A stretch of DNA of 64,000 bases. It comes from an uncultured virus (IMG/VR IMGVR_UViG_3300024303_004490). Taxonomy: Duplodnaviria; Heunggongvirae; Uroviricota; Caudoviricetes. The number at the start of each line of letters is the position of its first letter. Within the stretch, counting starts at the first letter, position 1. Both the position numbers and the translations under genes were made by a program. Under the pieces are notes generated by a model. That model worked only from the letters and a program-made list of their open reading frames with translations, did no database searches and was not told where the DNA came from. The stretch is from the IMG/VR virus record IMGVR_UViG_3300024303_004490. One strand, written 5' to 3'. This document shows, piece after piece, positions 58,725 to 64,000 of the stretch.

Positions 58725-60203
58725 ATGAGCTTATCAAATTTTGTAAAAAGAATAAGAGATATAATGCGTAACGATGCCGGTATCAACGGTGATGCACAGC
58801 GTATCGAACAGATGGCATGGATGCTTTTTTTAAAGGTTTATGACGCCAAAGAAAAAGACTGGGAATTTGACGACGAAGATTATGTATCAATTATCCCCGA
58901 AGAATGTCGTTGGAGTAATTGGGCTGTCGATGACCGCTCTGGTAATGCAATGACAGGTGATAATCTTCTTAATTTTGTCAACAACACTCTGTTTCCCACA
59001 CTCAAGGGCTTATCTGTCAGCAAAGATACACCCATAAAAAAATCTATCGTTAAGACAACTTTTGAAGATGCAAACAACTATATGAAGGACGGTGTTCTTC
59101 TTCGTCAGGTTATCAATGTTATTGATGAGCTTGAGCTTGATGATTATGAGGAAAGCCACGCCTTCGGTGATATTTATGAAACTATACTTAAAGAGCTTCA
59201 GAGTGCCGGTTCTTCAGGTGAGTTCTATACTCCTCGTGCTGTAACTGATTTTATGGCTAAAATGATTAAACCCCAAATCGGTGAAAATGTCGCTGACTTC
59301 GCTTGCGGTACAGGTGGTTTCCTTACAAGCTGGCTCAAAGAACTTTCAGCTCATATTGAAACAACCGAAGACCAGGAAAAATACGATAATTCAATTTACG
59401 GCATCGAAAAGAAGCAGTTCCCGTATATGCTTTGCATTACAAATATGCTTCTTCACGGTATTGATGTTCCGAAGATTTATCACGACAACTCCTTGCTTCG
59501 TGATGTGCTTGACTACACAGAAGAAGACCAGTTTGAAGTTATTCTTATGAACCCTCCTTATGGTGGCAACGAAAAGAACGAAGTGAAAAATCACTTCCCG
59601 TCAGATCTTGCAAGCAGTGAAACTGCTGACCTTTTTATGTCAGTTATTATGTACAGACTCAAAAAGAATGGTCGTGCAGCTGTTATTCTTCCTGACGGTT
59701 TCCTTTTCGGTACAGATAATGCAAAAGTAGCTATCAAGAAAAAGCTTCTTTCAGAGTTTAATCTTCATACTGTTATCCGTATGCCTCACAGCGTTTTTGC
59801 ACCTTATACATCAATTACTACAAATATTCTTTTCTTTGACAGAACAGGCCCCACAACAGAAACTTGGTTCTACCGCCTTGATATGCCTGAAGGTTATAAA
59901 AACTTCTCAAAGACAAAGCCGATGGAACTCAAGCATTTTGCTCCTGCTATGGATTGGTGGGAAAATCGTGAAGAAATCGCAGTTGATGGTTTTGACAAAG
60001 CAAAGAAATACACTGTTGAAGAGATTGCTGAAAAGAATTATAACATTGACCTTTGTGGTTATCCTCATGAGGAAGAAGAAATACTTCCTCCAAAAGAGCT
60101 CATTCAACAGTATCAGGCAAAAAGAGCAAGTCTTAATGCTGATATTGACCGCATTCTTGCACAGATTACTGATATTTTAGGAATCGATATTACGGAGGAA
60201 TAA
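58725..60203 (+). CDS. hsdM: type I RM methyltransferase subunit
   Basis: GEFYTPR; DFACGTGGF; NPPY. Confidence 0.96.
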   Translation: MSLSNFVKRIRDIMRNDAGINGDAQRIEQMAWMLFLKVYDAKEKDWEFDDEDYVSIIPEECRWSNWAVDDRSGNAMTGDNLLNFVNNTLFPTLKGLSVSKDTPIKKSIVKTTFEDANNYMKDGVLLRQVINVIDELELDDYEESHAFGDIYETILKELQSAGSSGEFYTPRAVTDFMAKMIKPQIGENVADFACGTGGFLTSWLKELSAHIETTEDQEKYDNSIYGIEKKQFPYMLCITNMLLHGIDVPKIYHDNSLLRDVLDYTEEDQFEVILMNPPYGGNEKNEVKNHFPSDLASSETADLFMSVIMYRLKKNGRAAVILPDGFLFGTDNAKVAIKKKLLSEFNLHTVIRMPHSVFAPYTSITTNILFFDRTGPTTETWFYRLDMPEGYKNFSKTKPMELKHFAPAMDWWENREEIAVDGFDKAKKYTVEEIAEKNYNIDLCGYPHEEEEILPPKELIQQYQAKRASLNADIDRILAQITDILGIDITEE

Positions 60204-60205
60204 TA

Positions 60206-61774
60206 ATGACCGGACAACAGCTTAAAAATTCTATATTACAAATGGCTGTTCAGGGCAAACTTGTTCCGCAGGACCCGAATGATGAACCTGCTTCTGTTCT
60301 TTTGGAACGCATAAGAGCAGAAAAGGAAGCCTTGATAAAAGCCGGTAAAATCAAGAAAGAAAAGAATCCTTCTGTAATATTCCGTGGTGCCGATAATTTG
60401 CCTTATGAGAAAGTCGGCAAAAACGAGCCTGTATGCATTGCTGATGAGGTGCCTTTTGATATCCCTGATAGCTGGGAGTGGGTGCGATTAGGCAGTTTGT
60501 TAAGCGTTATAAGTGATGGCACGCATAAAACACCGCATTATGTACCAGATGGTGTTCCATTTCTTTCAGTTCAAAATATTTCGAGTGGGAAGTTTGATTT
60601 CACAAAAATCAAATACATAACACAAGAGGAACATCAAAAATTGATTGAACGAATCAAACCACAAAAAGACGATATATTGTTTTGCCGAATAGGCACATTA
60701 GGAAAAGCTATTAAATGCACTCTTGATTTTGAATTTAGCATTTTCGTAAGTTTAGGGTTGTTGAGACCAGTAGATATTTCAATAACTGACTATTTAGTAT
60801 TTGCAATAAACTCCCCGTTAGGCGATAAATGGATTCACGACAACAAAGTCGGCGGTGGTACTCATACTTATAAAATTAATTTAATCGATATACCGAGAAT
60901 GTTAATTCCCGTTCCTCCTTTAGAAGAACAAAAACGTATTTTTGATAAATTATCAGTATTTGAACCACTTACCGAAGAATACACAACCAAAGAAAATACA
61001 TTATCCATCCTTAATGCGTCGTTTAGTGATATTCTCAAAAAATCAATACTTCAAGAAGCGGTTCAAGGAAAACTTGTTCCTCAAGATGAAAATGACGAAC
61101 CCGCTTCAGTGTTACTTGAGCGTATAAGAGCTGAAAAACAAGCACTGATTAAGGCAGGTAAAATTAAGCGAGATAAGAACGAATCCGTCATTTTCAGAAG
61201 GGATAATTCTCATTATGAGAAGTTGAACGGAATTGAACGTTGTATCGACGATGAAATACCATTCGAAATTCCTGAAAGTTGGCAATGGGAACGATGGGGC
61301 AACATATCGCAAAGCATACAGTATGGCTATAATGCACCCGCAAAAAGTGATGGAAAAATCAAGATGGTACGCATCAGTGACATACATAATAATACTGTTA
61401 AATGGGATTCTGTTCCGTTCTGCGATATTGCCGAAGAGGATATAGAAACTTACCTTTTAAAACCTAATGATATATTGTTTGCCAGAACAGGCGGCACGGT
61501 TGGTAAATCATATTTAGTAACAGAAATTCTTGAAGATGCTATATATGCTGGATACTTAATCAGAACCCGTTATAGTAATGAACTTGTTCCAAAATACTTA
61601 AAGTACTTTATGGAAAGTGAGTTGTATTGGTCTCAATTGCGTTCAGGCACTATTGCCACAGCTCAGCCAAATTGCAATGGTCAAACATTATCAAGAATGT
61701 TGTTGCCTATACCACCAAAAGCGGAACAAGAGCGAATCACGCAAATGATTGATATTCTTTATACAAAGCTATAA
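60206..61774 (+). CDS. hsdS: type I RM specificity subunit (copy in the expression position; two TRDs)
   Basis: two QGKLVPQD..EPASVLLERI conserved blocks, each followed by a TRD ending PP..EQ. Confidence 0.93.
   Translation: MTGQQLKNSILQMAVQGKLVPQDPNDEPASVLLERIRAEKEALIKAGKIKKEKNPSVIFRGADNLPYEKVGKNEPVCIADEVPFDIPDSWEWVRLGSLLSVISDGTHKTPHYVPDGVPFLSVQNISSGKFDFTKIKYITQEEHQKLIERIKPQKDDILFCRIGTLGKAIKCTLDFEFSIFVSLGLLRPVDISITDYLVFAINSPLGDKWIHDNKVGGGTHTYKINLIDIPRMLIPVPPLEEQKRIFDKLSVFEPLTEEYTTKENTLSILNASFSDILKKSILQEAVQGKLVPQDENDEPASVLLERIRAEKQALIKAGKIKRDKNESVIFRRDNSHYEKLNGIERCIDDEIPFEIPESWQWERWGNISQSIQYGYNAPAKSDGKIKMVRISDIHNNTVKWDSVPFCDIAEEDIETYLLKPNDILFARTGGTVGKSYLVTEILEDAIYAGYLIRTRYSNELVPKYLKYFMESELYWSQLRSGTIATAQPNCNGQTLSRMLLPIPPKAEQERITQMIDILYTKL
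61207..61260 (+). repeat. recombination repeat: 54 bp, inverted identical copy at 63199-63252 and core copy near 63823-63840
   Basis: TTCTCATTATGAGAAGTTGAACGG...GAAATACC. Confidence 0.9.
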
Positions 61775-61778
61775 TTTC

Positions 61779-61811
61779 AGGCATACACTTCATTGAGAGG
61801 TGTATGCCTTT
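61779..61811. terminator. hairpin between hsdS and the recombinase
   Basis: AGGCATACAC...GTGTATGCCT. Confidence 0.7.
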
Positions 61812-61815
61812 AATA

Positions 61816-62625
61816 TTACCAATCGACTATTTTATCAACGATTTCTCTTTGCTCGGTTGCTGTTTTGCGAAGGTATATTCGTGTTGTTTCAATGCTTTCA
61901 TGTCCCATAAGGTCAGCAAGAAAAGCAATATCGTTACAGCGGTCAAGAAAGCTTTTTGCAAACCTGTGGCGAAATGAATGAGGATAAACGACAGCAGGGT
62001 CAATACCATATCTCACAGCTAATTTTTTGAGTTGCCCGGATATACCACGGGTGGTAATTCTGTCACCATACTTGTTCAAAAAAATGAAGCCACTTTCCTG
62101 ATGCTTTTCAGCTAACCATGAAAGGGCTTCTTCTTTTAAAGATTGCGGTATGTATATTCGCCTTAACTTGCCGCCTTTTGAGTACAAATCCAAGTGACCG
62201 AGCTTGATATGTTCAACCTTGATTTGTATAAGCTCACTGACTCTTGCGCCTGTCGCTGCCAAAAAGCGAATAACAAAATACCAAAACATTTCATCATCTT
62301 TTTTAAGGCTGTTTTTGAAATATTCATAGTCAGCCTCACTGATGACATTTTCAAGAAAAGCCTTTTGTTGTACTCTTACAAAGGGCATTTTCCATTTTTC
62401 TTTACCCACACTTTCCAAGTAGCAGTTGATTGCTCTGAGCCTTAAGTTCACCGTTTTCGGCTTGTAGCTTTCAATAAGCCACACCTTGTACTCCCGTAGG
62501 TTTTTCTTTGTGACTTCATCGTACTGTTCGCTGAATTGTTTTATTGCAAACATATACGATGAAATCGTGTTTTCTGAAAGGTTTGTACCTCTCAAGTGTC
62601 TTTCAAATTTGTTTTTATCTATCAT
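61816..62625 (-). CDS. tyrosine recombinase (hsdS shufflon invertase)
   Basis: TGARVSEL; KGGK; HSFRH; LMGH..TTRIY. Confidence 0.93.
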   Translation of the reverse strand: MIDKNKFERHLRGTNLSENTISSYMFAIKQFSEQYDEVTKKNLREYKVWLIESYKPKTVNLRLRAINCYLESVGKEKWKMPFVRVQQKAFLENVISEADYEYFKNSLKKDDEMFWYFVIRFLAATGARVSELIQIKVEHIKLGHLDLYSKGGKLRRIYIPQSLKEEALSWLAEKHQESGFIFLNKYGDRITTRGISGQLKKLAVRYGIDPAVVYPHSFRHRFAKSFLDRCNDIAFLADLMGHESIETTRIYLRKTATEQREIVDKIVDW

Positions 62626-62666
62626 AGCGAAAGACCTCCTTTCGCTATAATTATACAGATTGAAAG

Positions 62667-63252
62667 TTATAATTGCTCGATGTACGGCAGCAAAGAATTA
62701 TATGCAGCAACGATACGGTGTTGTTCTTTGAGGGGCGGTAATGCAATTAGTAATTTTTCAATTCTTGCAATTGCTAATTTAGGCTGACCAACCTTAGTTG
62801 TAGCTTCGGCGATTTGAGCCTGAATTAAGGGAGATTGTAATTCTTTAATAAGCCAATCTTGATTTATTATTGTAAAAACAAGCCTATCGGCATTCTCTGT
62901 TAAATTAGCACCATCAAGCTCTCTTGGGATTTTACCTATTCTGCCGATAGTACCAGCTACAGTTATAAATACATCTTCTTTTTTTATGATGTATTTTGAG
63001 ATGCTTGGATAAATGTCTGTCGGCACATATTGTAAATCTTCTGTTGAGACCCAACCGTCCTTCATATCAGAGACACGAATATATATGTGTCCCGTGTTAT
63101 CTTTGATAAGCTTTCTGCCTGCAGGAATACGTTTACCACCTAAAACCGAAGTGATCGTTCCGAGCCTGCACCAACACCAATTTTCAGGAATCTCAAACGG
63201 TATTTCATCGTCGATACAACGTTCAATTCCGTTCAACTTCTCATAATGAGAA
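62667..63252 (-). CDS. hsdS: silent hsdS TRD cassette A
   Basis: begins at the recombination repeat with no RBS or conserved N-block; TRD ending PPLKEQ. Confidence 0.85.
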
Positions 63253-63254
63253 CT

Positions 63255-64000
63255 TTACAAAGCTTCGATAGTTGACAATACTTTGTTTGCAAAATCAACA
63301 ATCCGTTGTTGCTCACTCATCGGAGGAACGGGGATTAACATTTCTGCAAGTTGATTTAGATAAAATCCTTTTTGCGCCGTTCCTGTTGCTTCCTTAATTG
63401 CTTTGTTTTGAAAATATGCGGAGTCAAATACAAGTTTTAAATAATAATTATAAATTAGTGTTGTTATAACAGAAACACTACGTTGGAAACAAACGTTATA
63501 TCCACCTTCGTAAACACAACTTCTTCCTAACGACCCAACAGAGGTAAAAAACAAATCGCCAGTAGTAGCATTGGTACGTAAGTTTTCTTGTTCAAAAACT
63601 TCTTTTGATAAATATCTAACCTTATTTAATTCAACTAACCTATTGTTGTTTATGTTAGTAGACGAAGCCATAATATATTGAGTTTCAAAAGTTTCACCTT
63701 TAGGAGGATTGTGGTCTCCGTCCACAAGCTTTGTGCAAATGCTTTTCAATCTAACCCATTCCCAAGAATTAGGTATCTCAAATGGTATTTCATCATCAAT
63801 GCAAACCACTTCAGAACCACGCTTTTCATAATGAGAATTATCCCTTCTGAAAATGACGGATTCATTCTTATCTTTTTTTATTTTGCCTGCCTTGATTAGT
63901 GCTTGTTTTTCTGCTCTGATTCTCTCAAGCAATACTGAAGCAGGCTCATCATTTTCATCTTGGGGTACAAGTTTGCCTTGAACCGCTTCTTGGAGAATTG
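63255..64000 (-). CDS. hsdS: inverted hsdS segment B (conserved block plus TRD), continues beyond the window
   Basis: QEAVQGKLVPQDENDEPASVLLERI then a TRD ending PPMSEQ. Confidence 0.85.
   Translation of the reverse strand, partial: ILQEAVQGKLVPQDENDEPASVLLERIRAEKQALIKAGKIKKDKNESVIFRRDNSHYEKRGSEVVCIDDEIPFEIPNSWEWVRLKSICTKLVDGDHNPPKGETFETQYIMASSTNINNNRLVELNKVRYLSKEVFEQENLRTNATTGDLFFTSVGSLGRSCVYEGGYNVCFQRSVSVITTLIYNYYLKLVFDSAYFQNKAIKEATGTAQKGFYLNQLAEMLIPVPPMSEQQRIVDFANKVLSTIEAL

Overview
The window is dominated by an apparently intact temperate siphovirus prophage of a low-GC Gram-positive (probably Clostridia) host, encoded on the minus strand from about 1.8 to 50.6 kb. Left to right it has two tandem large serine recombinases, a moron, lysis, tail and head genes, and a roughly 10-kb accessory block separating the two terminase subunits. 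That block holds a SAM synthetase, two DNA methyltransferases, an amidoligase/GGCT pair and small-gene cassettes. Replication genes (PolA, VapE primase, SNF2 helicase) and early regulators follow. To the right are a DinB / XRE-HTH / ImmA damage-response cassette interrupted by a J-domain + HIRAN pair, an Mrr-family nuclease, and a type I RM locus with a tyrosine recombinase and inverted spare hsdS TRDs (shufflon). Four observations stand out. (1) A four-gene Ig module between the tail chaperone and tape measure genes has a split-Ig architecture suggesting a pilus-like fibre built by donor-strand complementation. (2) The C5 methyltransferase has about 12 tandem TL-motif TRD-like modules and a nested alternative-frame gene. 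(3) Five copies of an ACTGGATA-N17-TAATAT promoter drive small-gene cassettes and the recombinases. (4) The hsdS shufflon has a palindromic crossover core and an RBS-sequestering hairpin on its recombinase. All family calls come from motif recognition by eye; no searches were run, and att sites were not identified.
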